Assembly (NCBI GenBank): GCA_964016885.1 | Contig: OZ024750.1 | Coordinates: forward strand, 43,400,001 to 43,464,000 | Direction of reading: 5' to 3' | Source of the DNA: Eledone cirrhosa | Lineage: Eukaryota | Length of the DNA: 64,000 nucleotides | Shown here: piece after piece, positions 14,046 to 30,812 of the stretch | How the letters are laid out: every line of letters starts with the position of its first letter | Numbering within the stretch: position 1 is the stretch's first letter | Translations under genes and position numbers: made by a program | The notes under the pieces: model-generated | What the model saw: the letters and a program-made list of their open reading frames with translations, nothing else | Told to the model about the DNA's origin: nothing | Databases searched by the model: none

Positions 14046-14735
14046 TATATATGTACATATATACATACATACATACATTCACATACAAACAAGCATATAC
14101 ATACAAACAGAGAGAGAGAGAAAGAGAGAATGAAAGTGAGATAGGCAGAGAATGAGAGAGAGAGAGAGAGAAGGAGAGAGACAGAAGGAGAGGCGTGGAG
14201 GGAGAGAAAGAGAAAAAAAATTGAATGATTGGCTAAAATGGAGAGGTGGTGTGTCTTATCTTAACTACCGGAGAAAATCTTCTCTGATCTCAGATCTGAT
14301 TGCGTGTGCGGACAACTAAGTGAGCAGATCTTTTATAAAATGTCTAAATTTAAAAGCGATTTCCTTATGGCCTCCCGTTTGTTGTCGTGACTTTGTTGCC
14401 TTCCTAATTGCTGGCTTGTTTGGCAAGCCGACCAAATACGTTCATTTTTCTTCGCTATGATTTCACACGAAAAGGGGAACTGGAAATACTGTCTAAAGAC
14501 CTGCCTGCCCCCTTTCGGGACGATTTGTCGTAATAACTGGTTTAAAGCATGTAATGTCTTTCAGACTCTAACATGTTATCTGAGCATTTGATTAGTATAA
14601 AGCTATTTAAGTATTTTATATGTTCATGAAAGTGCAATTTACGGTAATCGGCGGAGCTTACAACATTGGCAGCGCCAGCGATAGGGTCGGCGAGGGAGAG
14701 AGCGAGAGAGTGAGTAAGAGAGAGAGAGAGAGAGA

Positions 14736-14778
<43 letters not shown>

Positions 14779-15064
14779 GATAAGTGTCTGTGTGTATGTT
14801 ATGTGAGTGGCAAAGATAAAATGTATATAGGAGAAAGAAATATATATATATATATATGTGTGTGTATATATTCATTTATATACGTATACATATACGCACA
14901 CTTACACTCATAAATACACACACACACACACGAACAAACACGTATTTGTGATCGTGTGTGTTGTTGGTTTATATACATACATACACACATATATATGTAT
15001 ATATGTATGTATGCAAACATATACAAGCACACGCACACACACACACACATATATATATATATAG

Positions 15065-15121
<57 letters not shown>

Positions 15122-15471
15122 GGTATATACGTACATACACACACATATATATATAGATATATATATATAGATATATATATATAGAGATATATACATACAT
15201 ACACACACATATTTAAATATCTATATCTCCCTCTCTTTCTATATATAATATATATACCAGACAGTGTACGAACATTATGTTAGAGCTGTCAGTAGATGTT
15301 ATAGCGTTAATAACAGTAAAAAAAATGGCTGACTTATTTACTCCGAGTTTTACGCTGTCGGTTGGTCAAAATAGGTTTTGAAGAAAAGTTTGCCAGAATA
15401 CATAAAAATCATTGTAAACAACAATGGGAATAACTACATATATACATATATAGATATCTACCTACCTACCT

Positions 15472-15532
<61 letters not shown>

Positions 15533-15658
15533 CCTACATACATACATACATACATATATACCTACCAAACTACTTATCTACACACACACACACACATACA
15601 CACATATGCATATATGTATATATATATATATGTGTGTAAATATAAATATATATATATG

Positions 15659-15733
<75 letters not shown>

Positions 15734-15849
15734 TGTGAGAGAAGGAAGGAGAACACCAAAAGTATGATTTAGCACAAAGCAAAATATGTATGCATGTATG
15801 TATATATATGTGTGTATGTTTAAATATGTTTAAAATATATATCTGTGTA

Positions 15850-18260
<2,411 letters not shown>

Positions 18261-18663
18261 TATGTATGGATATCAGTATATATATATAATTATGTTACAT
18301 TATATACTGATATCCATACATACTGTATATATATATATATATATATATACAGTATGTATGGATATCAGTATATATATATAATTATGTTACATTATATATG
18401 TACAAATTGGAAAGGGAGGTCAGCATAAAGGAAATTTGTTAGTGAAGAGTCTAAGATGGCGGATTGGTGTAGAAATGGCGCGGGGATGGTGGTGTAAATG
18501 GCGGGTAGGTGGGTGATAGGAGGAGGGATTTGTAAATGGTGGGTGGATAGTAGGAGGAGGGAGGTGTAAATGTTGGGGGGCAGGGGGCGGTGTAGCGGAA
18601 GTAATGGTCGTAGAAAGAACAGGAGGACAATATAGAAAAGAAAACAATGATATAGAGAGAAAG

Positions 18664-18707
<44 letters not shown>

Positions 18708-18797
18708 TATATCTTTCTATCTCTCACCCTCTCCCTCTCTCTCTCTCTATATATATATATACACATATATATATGTAAAAATATAAAAATATATATG

Positions 18798-18850
<53 letters not shown>

Positions 18851-18887
18851 ATACTTTGGGAGGGTCATGTTGCCAAATTCAGAAACG

Positions 18888-18955
<68 letters not shown>

Positions 18956-19059
18956 TGAGAAAGAGGGTGAGAGATAGAAAGATATATATATCTATATATA
19001 TATATATAGGTATAATCATTATATATATAAACATTATATATATCTCTATATATATAGAT

Positions 19060-19195
<136 letters not shown>

Positions 19196-19611
19196 GGAGA
19201 ATGAGGTAGAAAGAAAGGTAAGTGAAAGAATAGAGGGTTTAAGAGTAGTTCTTACTATATGATTATCTAGCTTAGGCCACATCGAGAATACGTAAAGGCG
19301 GTTGTTAACACATTTGGCGGCCATTATGGAAGCTATTTACCGTCTTTGTATGTTCTTTAGACAAAAGCTAATATTCAGAGAGATCAGTAGCATATTTAAC
19401 AACTGAATGTTTGAAGAAGGTGAAGCCAGGTCAATACTAAATATACCATCATCAAATTCTCCTTTCATTTTCTATAACTTTTAGGTTTTATTTTGAAATT
19501 TTCGCGTTTAGTTTTTTTTCCTTCTTCTAATTTTCTTTTTCGTCGCCATTACAACAAATGAATGTTTGATCTTTAAACAAATAGTGTTTCTACACAAAAC
19601 TGAAACTTTAA

Positions 19612-19662
<51 letters not shown>

Positions 19663-19862
19663 ATACTTGGGGAGGGTCATATTTGTGTAATATTGCCAGA
19701 ATTAATAACAGAACACACTCACTGTTTGGTTGGTTTTCGCTTCTCGCTTCTGTGTCTTTTATATCGGTAATCTAATTTACTCGGTCCTCAATGTTGCCAT
19801 TGACTGACCAGCGATCAAAAATAATACAGATACAATATAGACACAAACACATATATATAGTT

Positions 19863-19906
19863 TATCATAAATCTTTCGTTGCACATCTGCAACATCGTCA
19901 GTGGTG
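19863..19906 (-). ncRNA. Hammerhead ribozyme motif
   Basis: CTGACGA-T-GTTGCA(GATG)TGCAAC-GAAA-GATT-TA-TG; stem II perfect, stems I and III weakened. Confidence 0.6.
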
Positions 19907-20192
19907 CTATCGTTTCCTCCCGTTGCATTGTATGTAAACGCTATTTTTATTCAGTCTGCCTATATATTTATTTATTTGCTTGTTTGTTTATTTTATTTTG
20001 TCTTCTTTGCGCATGCGTTTACGTGTGTGTATAGTGTTTTGTTTGATATGTGATGGGTGACTAGTGTGTGTTTATGTGCTTGTTGTTATTGTGCTTGTGT
20101 ATGTATTTATTTATTTATTTATTATATATATATATTATTTATATATATCATTTATATATATTATATATATATTTATTAAAATAACAGATAAA

Positions 20193-20243
20193 AGTTTAAG
20201 CAAAGAATCGCTGCTTTCACCCTTAACGGGATCTTCTGAAACT
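20193..20243 (-). ncRNA. Hammerhead-like motif, variant core CAGAAGA
   Basis: Stem I AGTTT/AAACT, stem II CCC/GGG, stem III AGCAG/TTGCT, CUU triplet. Confidence 0.55.
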
Positions 20244-20295
20244 AAAGAAGTCAATCTGTGAACGCAGAAGTGAATATTTCAAAAAACGTTGCAAC

Positions 20296-20350
<55 letters not shown>

Positions 20351-20353
<3 letters not shown>

Positions 20354-20610
20354 AAAGTTCTATTTAAATTGTTGGGATACAACAAGCAAATATTTTTTAA
20401 CTGATATAAAGCACTCAACAAATATTTGGAGTAAAAATACGATATTAATAAATGGAAACTATATTTATAAAACCATATTTATTTCATTATACATATTTCA
20501 AGGACACCAAGTTAAATTATGGTGTGCTTTCATCAGATAAAATATAATATAGATCAATTTTATAAATAATATAGATCAGTTTTATAAATAAATATTGACA
20601 TACCCTTAAA
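20351..20610 (-). mobile_element. Hammerhead mini-element family H1
   Basis: Homologous to the copies at 28.4, 56.2, 58.9 and 59.2 kb; bounded by (TA)n. Confidence 0.8.
20480..20544 (-). ncRNA. Hammerhead ribozyme (H1)
   Basis: TATTTTAT-CTGATGA-AAGCACACCA(10 nt)TGGTGTCCTT-GAAA-TATGTA-TA-ATGAAATA. Confidence 0.75.
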
Positions 20611-21544
20611 AAATGCAACCATTATATATATATATATATATATATATATAGGAAAAAGTATAACCCCGACGGCAGAGCTCAAGTCGTTTCGACGGCTATA
20701 CTTATATATTATATCAAAATTAATCAGTATAGATTACTTTCTATAGCAATCACATATATAGTTTAATTAAAAATTCATATAGTTTAATTTAACTCATTAT
20801 AGATTATTATTTTTAATTTTAAGGTAAGATATTCTATAAATATTTTGTTACAACTTTAAAAGAATTAATCTTTAAAGCTTATTTAAATAAATATTAAATA
20901 TGTATTAAAATCTATTACCATGCATATATTACCATCAATACATATAATATATTTATTACCCAAATTATTTAATTTAATTAGGATGGATATTCTCTTCATA
21001 AAATCTTTACTATTCTTTAATTTTCATTTAACCTAGGATTAAACTGCAGTTACATTTACTCTCAAAAGTTTTATTTCATTAATTTAATGAGAGGTTATAT
21101 TTACTTCTGTATTTACTTATTTTGATATATAGTTTCATTTTAATGATAGTCTATATATCATTAATCTAGATATTTCATATCTAATATAATTTAGCAAGCT
21201 AGTAAAAAAAAAAAGAAATTTTTACGGACAATGTAAACAAAAGGAAGATAACTCATTCACCATTTACAAATATTTATAACATATCTCTACTCTCACATTC
21301 CGCGATATTTCCAAAACCATAAATCATCTATTGTATATATCATAAATGATATCTAGTTAAATATTGAGCTGTCCTAATCAAAACAGGATAACGAGACTCT
21401 TAATGAAATTATTCTAATACAGATAATTATCAATAAATTATTAGCACAATAAGGCAAAAACTTATATAAATATTAAATTATTAATTATCAATATTTTTTC
21501 GAAACTTGTACATTACTTGGTAAGTTTTATCAATTTTATGGTGA

Positions 21545-22735
21545 CAACTACTAAATAATTCATTTTTTGTTGTTGATTAAATTGTCATAATTTGTAATTA
21601 TCCGTAGAGTCTCAAGGTTACAATGATTGTAATTTTGCGAAATAGTTGAGTTCTGATAGGGGGTAGCATTCTTTAATTTTGTCCAAGAGATGGAGTATTT
21701 AATATTATTGTCCTTTAAAACCATATTAATTGTGAAAGTGAAGTTGAACATTTCTTATCTGGTTTACTGAAAGAGTGTCTCTGATTATACCAACGTTCCA
21801 TAAATTTAGATGAAGCGGCACCAATGTAGTTATATATATTATTATTTGTCTTAATGGTACATTTATATACTAGATGCTTGACAAGGCAATTATTTTGTAA
21901 AGGACATTCAGACTTCTTTCTACAATTACATTTCTTAAACAATTCCCATTATTATTTAAAGGTGTTCTCCTATTATTCATGTTTAAACTATTATTATTGT
22001 TATTTCCATTAACTAATGTATTGTTATTATTATTGTTATTATTGCTAATTATAGGTTGGTTCAAATTAAGATTTTTACTATTTATTTTTGCTATATTTTG
22101 AGCAATATTCATAGTTGTTTAATAAGAGAGTTTAACTGTGTGTCTCTTGAAGATAGAGTAATATTTATGTGACCTAGGGAAGTATTTATCCAAAGCTTTA
22201 AAAAATTAATGTTACAGGTGTTTTAATAGCTAAAGATGCTGGCGGAGCATACCAAATTATAGATCTAGTTCTTATTTGTCTCCCCCATTTATTCATCAAG
22301 TTGTTGTTTTTATATTCATTTTTATTATGATTACTATGATTATAATTAATTTTATTTTCAGGATTTTTTCTATATACTCAATGTTATTGTTATCTCCAGC
22401 TTTATGTAATGCTTCATTATAATACACAGCCTTACTATTAAATATGGATCTATTAGCAGATAGCCTGGATATTCGTTGTTGTACACTGTTGACTATTGCA
22501 TTCTTAACACTTTTAGGATGATTAGAATAAAAACTAACATAATTTAAGTTCTCATTGACTTTATGGAAAGGATAATAAAGGCCTGAGTTCAAATTTAGAG
22601 TCACATCTAAAACATTAACTATTTTATTATTATTTTCTACTTCTAATTTCAGGTCGTAATTTAAAAGAAATTCTATAATTACTTTCTTTACTCTATTTAA
22701 TTCGCTATTATTATGTTTTTCTACAATAAATAATA
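21545..22735 (-). pseudogene. Degenerate Penelope-like element: RT thumb, N-rich linker, GIY-YIG endonuclease
   Basis: VNVLDVTLNL...YYPFHK...SNHP; IIWYAPP; CNCRKKSECPL...LVYKC...YIGAASSKFMERWYN; multiple frameshifts. Confidence 0.85.
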
Positions 22736-22984
22736 TGTTTATATATATATAAACATATACATCAAGAAATATATTAGATGGTGTGTTATAAAATACAGTC
22801 GATAGTCCAACTGAAAGAGACAATAATAAAAATGTGTTAATTACTCTTCATTAAAATAATTAACAGTTAACTAATTGATTAAACATAATTAATTGAAGTA
22901 AAAACACTCAAAAACAAAACCAAAGACAACGTAAAACAAAGGAGAATAGTTTACAAGGTTGATGAAAGTGGAATGTATGAATTG

Positions 22985-24660
22985 TAATATAGTATAGTAT
23001 AGTGTAGTGATGTACAGTGTAGTATAGTGTAGTGTAGAATAGTATAGTGATGTATAGTGTAGTGTAGTATAGTGTAGTGTAGAATAGTATAGTGATGTAT
23101 AGTGTAGTGTAGTATAGTGTAGTGTAAAATAGTATAGTGTAGTGTAGTCTAGAATAGTATAGTGATGTATAGTGTAGTATAGAATAGTATAGTGAAGTAA
23201 TATAGTGTAGTGTAGTATAGTGTAGAATAGTATAGTGATGTATAGTGTAGTGTAGTGTAGTGTAGTGTAGTGTAGTGTAGAATAGTATAGTGATGTATAG
23301 TATAGTGTAGAATAGTATAGTGATGTATAGTGTAGTGTAGTATAGTGTGGTGTAGAATAGTATAGTGTAGTGTAGTGTAGTTTAGTGTAGAATAGTATAG
23401 TGATGTATAGTAATGTTCAGTGTAGTGTGTGAATAGTATAGTATAGTGTAGAATAGTATAGTAATGTATAATGTAGTGTAGAATAGTATAGTGTAGAATA
23501 GTATAGTATATTGTACAATAGTATAGTAATGTATAGTGTAGTGTAGAATAGTATAGTAATGTATAGTGTAGTGTAGAATAGTATAGTATAGTGTACAATA
23601 GTATAGTAATGTATAGTGTAGTGTAGAATAGTATAGTGTAGTGTAGTGTAGAATAGTATAGTGATGTATAGTGTAGTCTAGAATAGTATAGTGAAGTAAT
23701 GTATAGTGTAGTGTAGTATAGTGTAGTGTAGAATAGTATAGTGTAGTGTAGTGTAGTTTAGTGTAGAATAGTATAGTGTAGAATAGTATAGTATAGAATA
23801 GTATAGTAATGTATAGTGTAGTATAGAATAGTATAGTGTAGAATAGTATAGTAATGTATAGTGTAGTATAGAATAGTATAGTGTAGAATAGTACAGTATA
23901 GAATAGTATAGTAATGTATAGTGAAGTGTAAAATAGTATAGTGTAGAATAGTATAGTAATGTATAGTGAAGTGTAAAATAGTATAGTGTAGAATAGTATA
24001 GTAATGTATAGTGTAGTATAGTATAGTATATTATAGTATTGTGTATTATAGTATAATATAGTGTAGTGTTGTACAGTACAGTACAGTATAGTATAGTATA
24101 GTGTATTATAGTATAGTATAGTGTATTATAGTATAGTATAGTGTAGTGTTGTACAGTATAGTATAGTGTATTATAGTTAGTATAATAGTGTAGTGTTGTA
24201 CAGTACATTATAATATTATATAGTATAGTATAGTGTATTGTAGTATAGAATATTATAGTGTATTATAGTATAGAATTATGTAGTGTTGTACAGTACAGTA
24301 CATCATAGTATAGTATATTATAGTGTATTATAGTGTAGTGTTGTACAGTACAGTACAGTATAGTATAATATAGTATAGTGTATTATAGTATAGTGTAGTG
24401 TTGTACAGTACAGTATAGTATAGTATAATAAGGTACGATGCAGTAAAGTCTAGTGGTATATAGTACACTGCAGTACATTATATTATAACAAAGCATAGTA
24501 CTGTACTATAGAGTTTGTTAGAATATAACAGTATAGAGTACAGAGTGCAACATAGTGTAGTACTGTACTATAGAGTTTGTTAGAATATAACAGTATAGAG
24601 TACAGCAGAGTACAATATAATATATTACTGTATAATACAATACTGTAGAGATCAGTGTAA
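22985..24660. repeat. Pentanucleotide (TAGTG/TAGTA)n satellite
   Basis: Direct reading. Confidence 0.95.
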
Positions 24661-24689
24661 TACAGTAACATAGAATACAATAGATGAAA

Positions 24690-24845
24690 GGATCTCCGTC
24701 GATTTGGTGGTGAACGTTCCAGTTGTTTGGTAAACGGAAACAGCCTCAGTTTGGAATTAACATGGAGGTCACACAACCTAATTCTCAGGGAAATTCAGTG
24801 TGACCCAGACTGTGACAAAGCCGACATTTGAATTACAGAGTCAAT
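24690..24845. mobile_element. Diverged copy of a common octopod dispersed repeat
   Basis: GTTCCAGTTG...CAGCC...GGGAAATTCAGTGTGAC...TGTGACAA...TTTGAATTACAG; recognised from memory, not searched. Confidence 0.5.
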
Positions 24846-25472
24846 CTGATGAGCTCTCATACAGTTCCTACTTACTCAATTTTACTTCCAAACATAAACC
24901 GACCTGCAGCTAAGGTAAGTGACATCTGATCAAAGATGTAACATAGTGAGATGGAACTAAGGTAAATTAAAAAAGCTTTAAACACTTGCGGCCTAAAAAT
25001 AATATTTACCCCAGACTTGAGTATTGTAAATATTTTATGTTATTCTGCAGTTTACCAGAGACAAATAGAATTAAACACCTAATGAAAAGTTTACTTACAA
25101 TGACATAGATTCTGTAATCTATCCAAATGGTTAAAAAAAATCTCTCTATTACAATAAGGCACTAAAAAATAGCGGACATAAAGACAATATACACGTAGTG
25201 CACTTCCACCCACTAACAAGAGGAGTAGCTGTAATATAATCAGGTTCACACCTTTCTCTTTAAATGTTAAATTTAGTAGAGAAAAAAAAAAACGCTAAAG
25301 CCTCTAATAAATCAGCGTTAAAGAAATTTACTTAAAAGAAAAACTTGAAAAGTAAGGAATAAAATCTCATACCCTCTTAATCATTCCTACACCGCTGAAA
25401 CAATTATCCAAGGCAGGTGTCACATCCACTAAATCATTTCTTCAGAGGATATATACATATATATATACATGT

Positions 25473-25521
<49 letters not shown>

Positions 25522-25564
25522 CATACGCACATACATATATATGTACATACATTCTTATATACAT

Positions 25565-25601
<37 letters not shown>

Positions 25602-25715
25602 GCATGTATATGTATGCATATGTATACATATGTATATATATATTTATATATGTATATATATATATATTTATATATGTATATATATATGTATTTAAGATAT
25701 GTATGTAGATATATA

Positions 25716-25756
<41 letters not shown>

Positions 25757-26104
25757 CATACATACACATATAGAATGTATATATAAGTGTATAATATATA
25801 TATAAGCATATCGACAGAGAAAGAGAGAGAGAGGGAGAGAGAGGGAGGGGAAATGAAGATGTATGACACACATTCTTAAAAAATAATCAATATGCAAACA
25901 CGTTAATTCGTTATTACAGGTGTGTAAGATATATTAACTCCTGTGACAATATGTGTATATATAAAACTGGGTCGCTCAACTAAGGTGTGTAGAATGACAC
26001 GAATATGTCATCTTACTGTTCACTTTAGATTCATTGATCTACTTTGGTTAATTCAATTTTAGATAATTTTCATTAACATATATATACATATACATACATA
26101 CACT

Positions 26105-26138
<34 letters not shown>

Positions 26139-26641
26139 CACACACATACATATATATATAAACACTCCCACTTTTACACGTAGGGGAAACTGACAGATGG
26201 TATCATGTTTAGCAATAAAGGGAGAATCAATTCCAACATAAGACAGGGATAAGAGCAAGAATGTAATAAAAAATTGTAATAAATATATTCGCCGCCATTT
26301 TACATATTTTCATATAAAACATGTAATTGAAAAGGTGTCAATTTCCAGCACCAAACAGTCGGTATTAACGAAATACGCAAAAAAAGAAGCAAAGTATATG
26401 TATGTTTATATGTATACATGTATACAGTGGCGGACTGAGTCTAAAAATATTGGTTGCCAGGAGATGAAGGGGGCCCACTTACATATAGAATGCTAGCATT
26501 TAATTTTTATAATGAATAAATAACGTTTTCGAAAAATACATAAGTGGAAACAAAACAGTGCAATCAAATTTTTGCGGAAAAATATCTTACCCTCTCCAAT
26601 AAAATATATTATGTATTTTACAAAATCCAGAGAGTTTCAAT

Positions 26642-26822
26642 AATTGTTTCTATTTTAGGCACAAGGACAGCAATTACCCAGTGCATTACTGGTACTTTAT
26701 TTTATCGACCCCGTAAGGATGAAAGGCAAAGTTAACCTCGGCGGGATTTGAACTCAGATCGTAAAGGGACGTAACTATGCTAGAAAGCATGGCGTCCGAC
26801 CCTCTACTGATACTGCCAATCC
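26642..26822 (-). mobile_element. tRNA-derived SINE (subtype A)
   Basis: A/B boxes; TSD AATCCAGAGA(G/C)TTTCAATAAT. Confidence 0.9.
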
Positions 26823-26842
26823 AGAGACTTTCAATAATGACC

Positions 26843-27320
26843 AGAAGTCAACCCAAAATATTACTAATAGCTCTAGGAAAGCCATGAACAACACCACAGC
26901 TTTTTAACTTTGATTTTGAAAGTAGGTTTATAATTATCAATTTTCATTATACTTTTGTAGCTGTCTCGCTGGCCTAGTTGGAGGAATCATAGACGGTGGT
27001 GATCCTGGTCTGAGGTTCGGTCCTGGTCGGGAGTAGGGTTCCCGGTAAATCTTTTCTGTTTTTTTCTATTGGTTGTAAAATAAAAACTAAAAAAGGCTAC
27101 ATGTACCTCTTGATCAGGATTGAACCCACCGTCTACATGTACCTATTGATCAGGATTGAACCCACCGTCTCTAGTACCTACCGCTAAGCCACAGAAACAA
27201 CTACGAAAATCTTATGAAAATGCATACTTATAAACCTACTTTCAAAATTTTTAAAACAAAGTCTTGCGGTGTGCTTCATGTCTTTCTTAATGTTATTGTT
27301 CCTACTTAAGGTCGACTTCT
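26843..27320. mobile_element. Long-TIR MITE-like element with tRNA-like A/B boxes in both arms
   Basis: AGAAGTCAACC...TTTTGAAAGTAGGTTTATAA versus TTATAAACCTACTTTCAAAA...GGTCGACTTCT; internal 36-bp tandem duplication at 27097-27168. Confidence 0.65.
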
Positions 27321-27454
27321 AAATCATTTGGGTGTTCCATAAACTACATCCTCGTTTTGTGTCACATCTATCTAGACTACATTTTAACCTGCAAAATATA
27401 ACCTCCATTACCAAAAGTTTCTGGTTCCCAGACAATATTAATATACGCCTGGAT

Positions 27455-27522
27455 CTCTGTCTGATGACCGATCCAGATGTATATTAATATTGTCTGGGAT
27501 CTAGAAACCTTTGGTAATGGAG
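27455..27522 (+). ncRNA. Hammerhead ribozyme within a fold-back (arms 27403-27455 / 27470-27522)
   Basis: CTCTGT-CTGATGA-[GATCC..GGATC extended stem II]-GAAA-CC(TTT)GG-TA-ATGGAG; base of stem II mismatched. Confidence 0.65.
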
Positions 27523-27627
27523 TAGTTAGGTTTTGTGTTGTTCACTTTCTAAATATATATATATATATAATATATATATATATTTATATACTCTGGTGAA
27601 CCTAAAGTAACTGGTCATTACAATTCC

Positions 27628-27679
<52 letters not shown>

Positions 27680-27729
27680 TATGCATATATATATATACAT
27701 ATATACATACACACACACGCACACATATT

Positions 27730-27759
<30 letters not shown>

Positions 27760-27765
<6 letters not shown>

Positions 27766-27984
27766 AAAATGAGGTTTTTTTAATAACGCGACCTTCTACA
27801 CGGGTGAAAATATAAGGAAAAGGAATCGAAAATGCAACTGGAGACTTTTTAAGGATCAGATGTGAGACAAACCACAAACCCTCCATCTCAATTCTACTTT
27901 TGAAAAGCATGGGAACTGTGAAACCGGTAAAGGAAATAAATGAATATTCTTAAAAAGACTCTAGTGGCATTTTTGATTTCTTTT

Positions 27985-28050
<66 letters not shown>

Positions 28051-28345
28051 GTGAGGTTTTTTTTTACAAAATGAAAAATAACCGAGGTGTCCTACACGAG
28101 TGAAAGTATAAAGAAAAAAAGATGAAATCGAAAATGCAACTGGAGTCTTATTTAAAAAAAAAATATATAGGAACCAAATAAAATAAATATAATATATATA
28201 AATATATATAGGAACCAAATAAAAAAATATATATATAAATATATATAGGAACCAAATTAAAAAAAATATATATATAAATATATATAGGAACCAAATAAAT
28301 ATATATATATTTTTTAAAATAAGACTCCAGTTGCATTTTCGATTT
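27760..28345. mobile_element. Two fold-back copies of mini-element family H2 separated by (TA)n
   Basis: Inverted arms ATCGAAAATGCAACTGGAG / CTCCAGTTGCATTTTCGAT in each copy. Confidence 0.7.
27894..27935 (+). ncRNA. Hammerhead-like motif with UUGAAAA core (H2)
   Basis: CTT-TTGAAAA-GCA(TGGGAAC)TGT-GAAA-CCGG-TA-AAG. Confidence 0.6.
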
Positions 28346-28380
28346 CATATTTTTTTCTTTATATATATATATATATATAT

Positions 28381-28736
28381 ACAATATTAAATAAATGGAA
28401 AAATATATTTATAAAACCATATTTATTTCATTATATATATTTCGGGGATATCATATTAACAATATGCTATGCCTTCATCAGACAAAATACAATATAAACA
28501 GTTGTATATTGTATTTTGTCTGATGAAGGCATAGCATATTGTATTTTGTCTGATGAAGGCATAGCATATTGTTAATATGATATCCCCGAAATATATATAA
28601 TGAAATAAATATGGTTTTATAAATATAGTTTTCCATTTATTTAATATTGTAAATATACTCCAAGTATTTGTCGAGTGCTTTTATATCAGTTATAAATATT
28701 TACTAGTTGTAACCCAACAATTTTAAATATAACTTT

Positions 28737-28738
<2 letters not shown>
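28381..28738 (+). mobile_element. Fold-back H1 mini-element with hammerheads on both strands (minus 28424-28489; plus 28542-28607) and a ~90-bp unpaired tail
   Basis: Near-perfect hairpin; 30-bp tandem duplication of the CTGATGA segment; (TA)n on both sides. Confidence 0.85.
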
Positions 28739-28779
<41 letters not shown>

Positions 28780-28783
<4 letters not shown>

Positions 28784-28950
28784 GTTGGAAATTCAACAAA
28801 TATAAATGTTTATAACTGATTCAGAACACTCGACAGTTTTCTGGAGTAAATATTCAATGATATTAAATTGATATTAAATGAATGGAAACTTGAAATATAT
28901 ATAATAGAATAAATATGGTTTTATAAATATAGTTTCCATTTATTTAATAT

Positions 28951-28958
<8 letters not shown>
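28780..28958. mobile_element. Diverged, internally inverted H1-related copy
   Basis: Same layout as 12577-12750. Confidence 0.6.
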
Positions 28959-28999
<41 letters not shown>

Positions 29000-29246
29000 A
29001 TAAATTATAATAAAGATTTCCCCATAAGAAAATTTATTCTTAAAGCTTGCTAGATTTGATTTTGTATATGGTTAATTACGCTAATTAGAAGAAGAAATAG
29101 TATATATTTTAATATCTGATGATTCTATAGACATGATTTATGATATAATGCTCTGATTTTTTGATTTTAATTTATTAATTCTTCATTGAGCTTAAAAGTG
29201 AACGGTTGCAACATATATATATCTTTAATTTTATGTATATGATAAC

Positions 29247-29323
<77 letters not shown>

Positions 29324-29423
29324 TATATATATATTAGAAAATGTATGAAATCCTTGGTATAGATAGAAAGAAAGTGAGAGATTGGGAGACACAAATAAGA
29401 TAGATAGAGTGGGGAGAGAGACT

Positions 29424-29454
<31 letters not shown>

Positions 29455-29768
29455 GAAGAGAGAGTGAGAGTGAGAGAAGAGACAGGTGCTGCCTTCCAAT
29501 AATTTTATGAAAGGTGGGCTAAAGTGGTGAAATATACGCCATTAATTGGAGCCAAACTAACTATGTGACAATTGGCTGTTGACAAGAATTGGGGAAAAAT
29601 AATTGACCTCTGGAGTGGCTAAGTATTCTACGGATGTGTATGGTGTGCCTGTAGTAATGGTAGTAGTAGTAGTAGTAGTAGTAGTAGGGGTAGTAGTAAT
29701 AGTAGTAGTAGTGGTAGTGGTAGTAGTAGTAGTGGTAGTGCTAGTAGTAGTAGTAATAGTTGTAGAAG

Positions 29769-29830
<62 letters not shown>

Positions 29831-29913
29831 GTAGTTATTGTACAATTTTACCGATCCTTTTTTTGCTTGTAATAAATTTCATCCTACATATCTTAACATG
29901 TCCACGTAACTGT

Positions 29914-30025
29914 CTTGAGAGATAATGTTACAGCCGCCATTTTAACTTAATGCAATTTCTGTTTATTTTTTAACTCAACTAGCAGAAAACCACCCAAAAT
30001 GGCGGCTGTATCATTATCTTTCAAG
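29914..30025. repeat. 30-bp inverted repeat containing YY1-type motifs (CCGCCATTTT / AAAATGGCGG)
   Basis: Arms 29914-29943 and 29996-30025 differ at 2 positions. Confidence 0.75.
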
Positions 30026-30714
30026 CATGTGTAGTGTGTATATTGATATTATACGCAAGTATATATGCATGTAGATATGATACATCAAATAAAATCGTAA
30101 TTGACAATATACACAGAAATTGAAGAGAGACTGTGTTACACTGTCTTATGTAATCAGTAACGTAATCCATGATACATAAAAAAAAATACGATATTATATA
30201 TAAACTGCATTAGGAGAAAATTAGTGACAGAAAATTAATGTTTATTTAAGCGATCGTCAACCGGAAGTGTTGACATTTGAAAATTTTAATGAAGTGAATC
30301 TTTAAATAAATAATAAAATATATTTAATGAACTGCCACGAAATTTAGTAGATAAATTATGTAATATTCATTCATTATTTATTCAAAGTAAAAGTAAAGTA
30401 CCAGTAATGTACTGTTTTATTGCGGCCTTGTGCCTAAAATAGAAACAATTATTTATTCAAAGTAATCCAACTTATTTTACTAACGGGATAACAAATTATA
30501 AACCGTACGCAGTTCCGCGCTCCTTACTTTATTATAGTTTAGATGTGATTCTGGTTTATACTGGTTCCAACAACCTTGGACCTTGTGGCCAATATAAAAC
30601 AACTATTCCTCACCCTCCTCCTCCTTCTTCCCCTCCTCAATCACCACTACCTTGTTGTTGTTCTTTTTCTTCTTCTTCTTAATATAATTAATGTTATTGT
30701 TTTATTATAGTGAC

Positions 30715-30769
30715 AGCAGCAGCAGTAGTAGTAGTAGTAGTATTACTAGTAGTAGTAGTGGTAGTAGTG

Positions 30770-30812
<43 letters not shown>

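Noticed and set aside
14221-14700. Non-repetitive island, possibly an exon or enhancer
   Set aside because: No convincing ORF or splice pair; cannot be supported without conservation or expression data
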